Positions 1-7,231 of a stretch of DNA of 32,000 bases are shown here, piece after piece. Source of the DNA: Synechococcus sp. A15-28 (GTDB lineage Bacteria > Cyanobacteriota > Cyanobacteriia > PCC-6307 > Cyanobiaceae); assembly GCF_014280175.1 (NCBI RefSeq), contig NZ_CP047931.1:570001-602000 (forward strand), given 5' to 3'. A program made the position numbers and the translations under genes. Below the pieces are notes generated by a model, which saw only the letters and a list, made by a program, of their open reading frames with translations, had not been told where the DNA came from and made no database searches. Positions within the stretch are counted from its first letter, which is position 1. Each line of letters opens with the position of its first letter.

Positions 1-242
1 GTTTCCTGATGGCTCGAATGGCGGGGGCCTCCAGCCAGGCCCAGCGCACCATCAGCATTGAAGTGGGCATGCAGAATTCCGGGCTGGCGGTCGTCCTGGC
101 CCGCAGTGGTGGTTTCGCAAGTCCTCTCACGGCGCTGCCAGGAGCAATCTCAGCGGTGGTCCACTGCCTGCTTGGCAGCGCGCTGGCTGCCCTGTGGCGT
201 CGATCAGGCCGCGAAGAAGTCTGGAGCAGTCCACCTCCCTAG
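1..242 (+). CDS. bile acid:Na+ symporter (BASS/SBF) family transporter, C-terminal fragment (5' end outside window)
   Basis: The ORF is open from the window edge (frame 3) to a stop at 240-242. The sequence IEVGMQNSGLAVVLA...PLTALPGAISAVVHCLLGSALAALW looks like the last TM helices of SBF-like transporters. Composition is high-GC like the flanks. Confidence 0.6.
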   Translation, partial: FLMARMAGASSQAQRTISIEVGMQNSGLAVVLARSGGFASPLTALPGAISAVVHCLLGSALAALWRRSGREEVWSSPPP

Positions 243-269
243 GATTCAGGAAGGTGTTCAGGGCCCGTG

Positions 270-2999
270 ATGGCTGCGTCCGGCCTCGACCCAACAACGA
301 TCTTTCCCTTCCCGCTGGACGACTTCCAGCTGGAGGCCATCGATGCGCTGAACCAGGGCCATTCGGTGGTGGTGAGTGCCCCCACGGGGTCCGGTAAGAC
401 CCTGGTGGGGGAGTACGCCATCCATCGGGCCCTCGCCCATGGACAGAAGGTGTTCTACACAACGCCACTCAAGGCGTTGTCCAACCAGAAACTGCGCGAC
501 TTCCGGGAGGCCTACGGCGAGGACAACGTCGGGTTGATGACCGGTGACTTCAGCGTCAACCGTGAGGCCTCCATCGTTGTGATGACCACGGAGATCTTCC
601 GCAACATGCTCTATGCGGAAGCCAGTGAGCACGACGACCCGCTGGCGGACGTGGAAGCCGTGGTGCTGGACGAGTGCCACTACATGAACGACTCCCAGCG
701 CGGCACGGTCTGGGAGGAATCCATCATTCACTGCCCACCCTCGGTGCAGCTGGTGGCTCTGTCGGCGACGGTGGCCAACGCAGTGCAGCTCACCGATTGG
801 ATCGAGAAGGTGCATGGTCCGACGACCCTGGTGCTCAGCGATCACCGGCCGGTGCCGCTGCAGTTCAGCTTCTGCAGTGCCAAGGGCTTGCATCCGCTTC
901 TCAATGAGGCGGGAACCGGACTCCACCCCAATTGCAAGGTCTGGCGTGCGCCGAAGGGGCACAAACGCAAGGGACGTTCCGCCAAGCCTCCTCAGCCTGA
1001 GCCGCCACCGATCAGCTTCGTGGTGGCGCAGATGGCGGAACGGGACATGCTCCCCGCCATCTATTTCATTTTCAGCCGCCGTGGTTGCGACAAGGCCGTG
1101 CGTGATCTCGGCATTCAGTGTCTGGTCAACAAGGAGGAGCAGGCCCGGATCCGGGCACGATTGACGGCTTACAGCAATGACAACCCTGAGGCGGTGCGGG
1201 ATGGCATCCATGCCGATGCCCTGCTGAGGGGAATCGCCGCCCACCATGCCGGCGTCCTTCCGGCCTGGAAGGAATTGATTGAAGAGCTGTTCCAGCAGGG
1301 CCTGGTCAAGGTGGTCTTCGCGACGGAAACCCTGGCTGCCGGTATCAACATGCCGGCCCGCACCACCGTGATCGCGGCTTTGTCCAAACGCACGGAACGG
1401 GGCCATCGTCCGCTGATGGGCAGTGAGTTCCTGCAGATGGCCGGTCGCGCCGGGCGTCGCGGCCTGGATTCAAAGGGCTACGTCGTCACCGTTCAGAGCC
1501 GCTTCGAAGGCGTTCGGGAAGCGGGGCAGCTGGCCACCAGCCCTGCGGATCCGCTAGTCAGTCAGTTCACCCCCAGTTACGGCATGGTGCTGAACCTGCT
1601 GCAGCGCCATGACCTCAACAAGGCACGGGAATTGGTGGAGCGCAGTTTCGGGCGCTATCTGGCCAGCCTGGATCTGGTGGAGGAAGAGGAGATGCTGTCC
1701 CAACTGAGGCTGCAGCTCGGACAGCTTGAGGGGGTGGCAGGGGACATCCCCTGGGAGGACTTCGAGGAGTACGAAAAGCTCCGAGGCCGTCTGCGGGAGG
1801 AGCGGCGACTGCTGCGGATTCTGCAGCAACAGGCTGAAGAGACCCTGGCCAACGAACTCACCCTGGCGTTGCAGTTCGCCAGCACCGGCACGCTGGTGAG
1901 CCTCAAATCACCGCAGCTGCGCGGCAAGGTGACCCCCGCCGTGATCGTCGACAAAGTGGACGGCCCCGGTCAGTTCCCGCTGCTGCTCTGCCTCAGCGAT
2001 GAGAACGTCTGGCTGCTGTTGCCGTGTCAGTCCGTCGTCAGCATTCATGCCGAACTGAGCTGTCTGCAGGTGGATGGGGTTGCCTCCCCTGACCTGCACA
2101 GGGCTGGTGAAATGCGCCATGGCGATCAGGCCAGTGGTGGATTGGCCCTGGCGGTGGCCCACATGGCCCGTCGTCATGACATGACCACGCCTCAGTACGA
2201 CCTGGCCGGCGAAGTGCTGACCCAGGCCCGACTGGTGCAGTCCCTGGAACAGGAGCAGGAAGCCCATCCCGCCCATCGCTGGGGTGATCGCAAGCAGTTG
2301 AAGAAACATCGGCGCCGGATGGAGGAGCTGGAACAGGAGATCGAGGAGCGTCAGCGGCTGCTGCACCATCGCTCCAACCGCCACTGGGAAACCTTCCTGG
2401 CGTTGCTCGAGATTCTTCAGCAGTTCGGCTGCCTTGAGGAGCTGATGCCCACGGAGATTGGCCGGACCGTGGCCGCCCTGCGCGGTGACAACGAGCTTTG
2501 GCTGGGCCTGGCTTTGATGAGCGGCCATCTCGACGACCTCTCACCGCCGGATCTGGCAGCGGTGTTCGAAGCGATCAGCACGGAAGTGAACCGGCCTGAT
2601 CTCTGGAGTGGTTTTCCTCCCCCTCCAGCTGCGGAAGAGGCGCTGCACGATCTCTCGGGATTGCGGCGGGAGTTGTTGCGGGCTCAGGAGCGTCTGAGTG
2701 TGGTGGTGCCGGCCTGGTGGGAGCCGGAGTTGATGGGGCTGGTGGAGGCCTGGGCTAGGGGAACGGACTGGTCCGACCTGATCGCCAACACCTCGCTGGA
2801 TGAAGGGGATGTGGTGCGGATCATGCGCCGCACCGTGGACCTTCTGGCTCAGGTTCCCTACTGCGAAGCGATCAGTGAGCAGCTGCGCAGCCATGCCCGT
2901 CAGGCCCTGCGTGCGATCAACCGGTTCCCGGTGGCGGAGGCCGAGGACCTGCTCAAACAGGTCAGCGAGCAGAACCCCGCCACCGAACGGGCGGCCTGA
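270..2999 (+). CDS. Ski2/HelY-like superfamily II DExH-box RNA helicase with DSHCT-like C-terminal domain
   Basis: The ORF has 910 codons (GTG 267, first ATG 270). Helicase motifs occur in canonical order: APTGSGKT, VVLDECHYM (DExH), LSATVAN, QMAGRAGRRG. The C-terminal EGDVVRIMRRTVDLLAQV resembles the Ski2/Mtr4/HelY DSHCT region. Confidence 0.85.
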   Translation: MAASGLDPTTIFPFPLDDFQLEAIDALNQGHSVVVSAPTGSGKTLVGEYAIHRALAHGQKVFYTTPLKALSNQKLRDFREAYGEDNVGLMTGDFSVNREASIVVMTTEIFRNMLYAEASEHDDPLADVEAVVLDECHYMNDSQRGTVWEESIIHCPPSVQLVALSATVANAVQLTDWIEKVHGPTTLVLSDHRPVPLQFSFCSAKGLHPLLNEAGTGLHPNCKVWRAPKGHKRKGRSAKPPQPEPPPISFVVAQMAERDMLPAIYFIFSRRGCDKAVRDLGIQCLVNKEEQARIRARLTAYSNDNPEAVRDGIHADALLRGIAAHHAGVLPAWKELIEELFQQGLVKVVFATETLAAGINMPARTTVIAALSKRTERGHRPLMGSEFLQMAGRAGRRGLDSKGYVVTVQSRFEGVREAGQLATSPADPLVSQFTPSYGMVLNLLQRHDLNKARELVERSFGRYLASLDLVEEEEMLSQLRLQLGQLEGVAGDIPWEDFEEYEKLRGRLREERRLLRILQQQAEETLANELTLALQFASTGTLVSLKSPQLRGKVTPAVIVDKVDGPGQFPLLLCLSDENVWLLLPCQSVVSIHAELSCLQVDGVASPDLHRAGEMRHGDQASGGLALAVAHMARRHDMTTPQYDLAGEVLTQARLVQSLEQEQEAHPAHRWGDRKQLKKHRRRMEELEQEIEERQRLLHHRSNRHWETFLALLEILQQFGCLEELMPTEIGRTVAALRGDNELWLGLALMSGHLDDLSPPDLAAVFEAISTEVNRPDLWSGFPPPPAAEEALHDLSGLRRELLRAQERLSVVVPAWWEPELMGLVEAWARGTDWSDLIANTSLDEGDVVRIMRRTVDLLAQVPYCEAISEQLRSHARQALRAINRFPVAEAEDLLKQVSEQNPATERAA

Positions 3000-3001
3000 G
3001 C

Positions 3002-4399
3002 TCAGCGGTGGGGGGAGGCCATGGCGGCTGGATCGATCAACTGGTCAAAGCGTTCGGCGGTGATGGCACCGGATTGAAGGGCGGCCTCCCGCAGCGTTAG
3101 CCCCTCACGGTGGGCATGCTGGGCGATGGCGCAGGCCTTTTCGTAGCCGATCTCCGGCGTCAGAGCCGTCACCAACATCAGGGATCGCTCCAGGTAGAAC
3201 GCGATCCGCTCACGGTCTGGTTCCATCCCACTGACCAGATTCAGCCGGAAACACCGGCAGGCGTCCTGCAGCAGACGGATCCCCTCGATCAGATTGAAGC
3301 CGATCAGGGGTTTGTAGACGTTCATCTGCAGATGCCCGCCGGCCCCGGCCGCTGCCACGGCGGCATCCATGCCGATCACCTGGGTGCAGACCATGGCCAT
3401 GGCCTCGCACTGGGTGGGATTCACCTTGCCGGGCATGATCGAGCTGCCCGGTTCATTGGCCGGCAGCAGCAGTTCCCCCAGCCCAGCTCTGGGGCCGCAG
3501 GCCAGCAGGCGGATGTCATTGGCGATCGTGAGCAGCGTCACGGCCAGACGCCGCAGTTGTGCCATGGCCTGCACCAGAGCGTCATGGCCCGCCATCACGG
3601 CAAAGAGATTCTCGGCCGGTTGAAATTCGGATCCGGTGCGGTTGGCGAGTTCAGCACAAACCTCGTGCGCAAATCGTTCCGGCGTGTTTAAACCACTGCC
3701 GACGGCTGTTCCCCCTAGCGGTAGAGCTAGAAGCTTGTCCTGGGCTGCGCTCAGCCATTGGGCGCCGTCCCGGACCCTGTCGCGCCAGGCGCTGACTTCA
3801 TCGCCGAGGCGCAGCGGCACTGCGTCCTGCAGATGGGTTCGTCCGATCTTGATGATGTCCCGCCAGGCATCGGCCTTGGCATCGAGACTGGCGATCAGCT
3901 GATTCAGCTCCGGCAGCAGCGTCTGCTTCAGCTGCAGAGCAGCTGCCACATGGATTGCAGCAGGGAAGACGTCGTTCGTCGACTGGGATCTGTTGATGTG
4001 GTCGTTGGGATGGAGGGGACGGTGCGAGCCGAGGCTCTCCCCGGATTGCTGGGCGGCGAGGTTGCTAATCACCTCATTCACGTTCATGTTCGTCTGGGTG
4101 CCGCTGCCGGTCTGCCAGACACTTAAGGGGAATTGATCGTCATGCTGTCCTGTTTGGATCGCCTCACCAGCCCGTTCGATCAAGGCAACCTGCTGGTCGT
4201 TCAACAGACCATGGCGACCGTTCACGGCTGCGCAGCACTGTTTGATTTGAGCCAGAGCATGAATCAGCTCCGCTGGAATTTTCTGATGACCGATGGCGAA
4301 GTTGTTAATAGAGCGCTGGGTCTGGGCTCCCCAGAGCGCCGCAGCGGGGACGTCGACAGTGCCGATGCTGTCGTGTTCATGCCTGATCGGTTGGCCCAT
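3002..4399 (-). CDS. fumC: class II fumarate hydratase
   Basis: It carries the fumarate-lyase signature GSSIMPGKVNPTQCEA and the N-terminal DSIGTVDVPAAALWGAQTQRS typical of FumC. The ORF opens at ATG 4450 (another ATG at 4435). ATG 4399 (MGQPIRHEHDSIG) gives the canonical N-terminus and removes the overlap with the divergent gene at 4434. Confidence 0.9.
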   Translation of the reverse strand: MGQPIRHEHDSIGTVDVPAAALWGAQTQRSINNFAIGHQKIPAELIHALAQIKQCCAAVNGRHGLLNDQQVALIERAGEAIQTGQHDDQFPLSVWQTGSGTQTNMNVNEVISNLAAQQSGESLGSHRPLHPNDHINRSQSTNDVFPAAIHVAAALQLKQTLLPELNQLIASLDAKADAWRDIIKIGRTHLQDAVPLRLGDEVSAWRDRVRDGAQWLSAAQDKLLALPLGGTAVGSGLNTPERFAHEVCAELANRTGSEFQPAENLFAVMAGHDALVQAMAQLRRLAVTLLTIANDIRLLACGPRAGLGELLLPANEPGSSIMPGKVNPTQCEAMAMVCTQVIGMDAAVAAAGAGGHLQMNVYKPLIGFNLIEGIRLLQDACRCFRLNLVSGMEPDRERIAFYLERSLMLVTALTPEIGYEKACAIAQHAHREGLTLREAALQSGAITAERFDQLIDPAAMASPHR

Positions 4400-4433
4400 C
4401 TGACAATGCCGGTCCAAGTCGGCAATCGTATGC

Positions 4434-5003
4434 ATGCGTATGTCCTTCATCTGCCTTGCCGAGGCCAGCCATCACTGCACGGTTGCGCTGCCCGGTGGCG
4501 ATCAGGCTGTGCTGCAGCGGTTTCTGCAGCGCCCGAAGCGCTCGATGGCCGCTCTGCTTACCCGCCAGCGGATGGAGAGTCAGGGCGATGGGCGTTTCCT
4601 CTATTCCTCCCGACCGTTTCAAATCCTGCGGTTTGAAATCACACCGGAGGTGCTGTTTTCCGCGCAGTGGTCGGATCCAGCTCAAGCACTTGAGATTGCC
4701 TTTGAGGACTGCCGGATTCATGGCCTCGGCGCCATGCAGAGCGCCATTCGGTTTGAGTGTGTGGCGTTGCTTGCTCCCCAAGGGGAGTGTGTTGAAGCCC
4801 AGGCGCGGGCGGCGATTTTGCTGTCGTCGGACAGTCCGTTGATTGCGCTGCCGTCCGGTCTGCGCCAACGCCTGGCTCAGCAGGCTTTGCAGCTGGTATT
4901 CGCGCGGCTCGAACGGCGCTGCCAAGAGGGTCTGAGACGGGCCTTGCTGGATTGGATCGTTAAGGATGCTTCCGCGCGTTCCAATGTCAAGCATGAGAGT
5001 TAA
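4434..5003 (+). CDS. DUF1997-family conserved cyanobacterial protein
   Basis: The ORF has 189 codons with ATG at 4434. The pattern VLQRFLQRPKR..AALL....GDGRF.....PFQILRFEITPEV.....LEI....C.I.GLG matches my recollection of the DUF1997 profile. Assigned by eye only. Confidence 0.55.
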   Translation: MRMSFICLAEASHHCTVALPGGDQAVLQRFLQRPKRSMAALLTRQRMESQGDGRFLYSSRPFQILRFEITPEVLFSAQWSDPAQALEIAFEDCRIHGLGAMQSAIRFECVALLAPQGECVEAQARAAILLSSDSPLIALPSGLRQRLAQQALQLVFARLERRCQEGLRRALLDWIVKDASARSNVKHES

Positions 5004-5026
5004 ACTCCCGGGATGCATCCGGAGAC

Positions 5027-5848
5027 ATGAGCAACACGCAGCCCGGGCTTGTGGGGAGGTTCCAGTCAACGATTGATCGTCTTTGGCTGCAAATCAGAAT
5101 TGTTCTGGCGCTTTCTGAAACTGAATTCGTTCTCAGGGCGGAAAAGGGATCCTTTGGAGTGTGGGGGGTCTTGTTTGAGCCCTTGGCGTTGATGATGACC
5201 CTGTTAGCGCTCAGGATTTTGATCCGTTTGAAGTCCACTGATCTGCTGAATCCTGTGGTCTGGCTTATTTGCGGGGTCGCGCTTCTTTATATGTTCAGAA
5301 AAATAGGAATCAAGGCCCTTACAGGGGTTTCAAAGCGCCAAAAATTCTTTTTTTATCGTCGCATCCGTCCCTTAGACACGTTGCTGGCTTCAGCCTTGAT
5401 TGAAGCAAGAATCCATGGTTCAGTTCTGGTACTTGTTTTCCTAAGTGTTTCATTCTGGAATTGGCAGATCAAGCTGGATAATCCTGCCCTTGTGCTTGTT
5501 GACTTCCTCTTGACAATTGCTCTCGGATTGGGAGTAGGGATCAGCGCTTTGGTGATCGGCCATCGCATACCAATCGTTAAAACCTTGACAAAATTTGGGA
5601 TTAACCGCCTCGTGCTCTGGACCTCTGGAATTTTCTATGCCACCTACACACTTCCAGGCCCAATTCGTCCTTTTGTGACGTGGAACCCCTTACTCCACTC
5701 CGTTGAATTGTTGCGACATGGAATTAATCTGGCCTATCCAATACCCGGTATCAGCTTGCAGTATCTGTTCGTGTGTAGTTCTCTGAGCTGCGGTTTTGGA
5801 CTACTGTTCTATTTCTTCAACGAGGCTCTCCTGCTCTCCGATGACTGA
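5027..5848 (+). CDS. kpsM: capsule/polysaccharide export ABC-2 permease, KpsM-like
   Basis: The protein is 273 aa and multi-TM. It aligns by eye along its length with E. coli KpsM (YRRIRPLDTLLASALIEARIH vs YRPVKPIDTIIARALLETLIY; TWNPLLHSVELLRH vs LWNPLVHVVELSRE). The start is ATG 5027. GC is lower than the flanks. Confidence 0.85.
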   Translation: MSNTQPGLVGRFQSTIDRLWLQIRIVLALSETEFVLRAEKGSFGVWGVLFEPLALMMTLLALRILIRLKSTDLLNPVVWLICGVALLYMFRKIGIKALTGVSKRQKFFFYRRIRPLDTLLASALIEARIHGSVLVLVFLSVSFWNWQIKLDNPALVLVDFLLTIALGLGVGISALVIGHRIPIVKTLTKFGINRLVLWTSGIFYATYTLPGPIRPFVTWNPLLHSVELLRHGINLAYPIPGISLQYLFVCSSLSCGFGLLFYFFNEALLLSDD

Positions 5849-7064
5849 ACAGCCTCGTGTCAGACAGACGACCGGACTGCTGCCGAAATTCGGAGAAGGT
5901 ACACGCTGGTTCGATAGCTTCGCTGGCGATGCTGCTTCTTCCGTCACGCCAAGGGTTCGTTCTGGGCTGAACGGGACATTCAGGGATCTGTTCAATTCGA
6001 GCACATTAGCTGCAGCATTCGTCGTCATTTCGGCGGTGTATTGCTTTGGGATCGGCCGTGATCGCTATCAAGCGACGTCGGAATTCGTGATCAAGCAGCC
6101 GCTACCCCCTGCGACTGCTTCCACCACAGTCCTCGGTTCGATGCAGAGCTCCAGCGTGCTCTCGTCTCTAGAGGATGGTCGCTATCTGCAGGTCTACCTG
6201 AAATCCAATGCTGTGAAGCAGGCGGTTTTCCCTGATCCCTCAGCTTTCAAGTCGATTTATGCCCCGCAGGCTCCAGATCAATGGAGTGGCTTGCCAGGTG
6301 ATGCCAATGAGCAGGAGCAGCTCTCGTTCTTCCGCCAGCAGCTCGATGTGATTCCCCAGGAGCTATCTGGGACCATCGTTCTATCCACGAGTGCTTTCAC
6401 GGCAGACGATGCCTATCGTTTGAACCGCGATCTCCTGAAACAGGCACAGCGCTTCGTCAATGAGGTCAATCAGTCGATCAGTGCCGATCAGCAGAGCTTT
6501 GCTGAGGAACAGGTTGCTTTCGCAAAGAACCGTTTGACCACGGCCACCAATGCGCTGGAAGCCTTTCAGGATCGTTATGGCCAATTGGATCCTCTGGGAG
6601 AACAGTCGGCCACCACAGGCTTCATCACTGGCTTGGAATCGCGGCTGGTTGATCTGAAGGTCGAGGAAGCCAGCCTTCGACGCCAGTTCCGTGATCCCAA
6701 TGCTCCAGAAGTTGCTTTTGTTGCCGACCAGGTGCGTGAGCTCGAGCGTCAGATTCAGGAGGAGCGCCAGAAGGCCGTTGGGGCCGGAGGACGTGATCTG
6801 AACAAACTTGCCACGCAAGCAAGTCGTCTCCAGGGAGATGTGAATTTCGCTAGGGAATCCTTGCGTTCAGCCATGCGCGCGGCTGACAACAGCCGTATGG
6901 AGAGCCAGCGTCAGTTGAAATTCATCGTGATGCTGAGCAAGCCGCAGATGCCCACAGGACCCGAAATCTCATGGCGTTGGAAGGCCTTCCTGTCGTGCCT
7001 TGGGGTTCTGATCGTGGTCTGGGGTGTTGGGGGTTTCATGCTGACAGCATTGAGGCGCGATTAA
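5841..7064 (+). CDS. kpsE: polysaccharide co-polymerase / capsule export inner-membrane protein, KpsE-like (PCP-3)
   Basis: ATG 5841 overlaps the kpsM stop by 8 nt (ATGACTGA); the ORF-track start at 5796 is TTG. An N-terminal TM (AAAFVVISAVYCFGI) is followed by RYQATSEFVIKQ and a long helical region, then a C-terminal TM (AFLSCLGVLIVVWGVGGFML). RFVNEVNQSISADQQSFAEEQVAFAKNRL...YGQLDP aligns with E. coli KpsE RFINEMSHRIARDQLAFAETEMEKARQRL...NNVLDP. Confidence 0.85.
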   Translation: MTEQPRVRQTTGLLPKFGEGTRWFDSFAGDAASSVTPRVRSGLNGTFRDLFNSSTLAAAFVVISAVYCFGIGRDRYQATSEFVIKQPLPPATASTTVLGSMQSSSVLSSLEDGRYLQVYLKSNAVKQAVFPDPSAFKSIYAPQAPDQWSGLPGDANEQEQLSFFRQQLDVIPQELSGTIVLSTSAFTADDAYRLNRDLLKQAQRFVNEVNQSISADQQSFAEEQVAFAKNRLTTATNALEAFQDRYGQLDPLGEQSATTGFITGLESRLVDLKVEEASLRRQFRDPNAPEVAFVADQVRELERQIQEERQKAVGAGGRDLNKLATQASRLQGDVNFARESLRSAMRAADNSRMESQRQLKFIVMLSKPQMPTGPEISWRWKAFLSCLGVLIVVWGVGGFMLTALRRD

Positions 7065-7231
7065 AATCAATTTTAGTTAATACTTTTATGCGGATTGATC
7101 TTTATTTTGATCATCGGGCCAGCGTATAAAGCGTTTTTAGGGATGAATGAAAAATATTAACTCCGAGTTTATTGATTATGTTTTCGTCGAGCATACTTTT
7201 TGTCTCTTCAGCTAAGTTGTATTTTTATTGT

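Noticed and set aside
258-1406. 382-aa ORF on the minus strand, antisense to the helicase
   Set aside because: It is an Arg/Gly/His/Pro-rich, low-complexity translation typical of stop-poor antisense frames in ~60% GC DNA. The sense frame carries complete canonical helicase motifs.
4377-5069. 230-aa minus-strand ORF antisense to DUF1997
   Set aside because: It has no motifs and a composition typical of a GC-rich antisense frame. It would also run across the fumC start and the kpsM start.
7065-7231. Largest spacer in the window, examined for tRNA, ncRNA, intrinsic terminators and a small ORF (7172-7405, 77 aa)
   Set aside because: It has no cloverleaf-compatible segments. The only hairpin is a weak 5-bp stem (TGATC-N8-GATCA at about 7099-7116). 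The 77-aa ORF is hydrophobic AT-rich read-through that mostly overlaps the 3' end of the glycosyltransferase gene.
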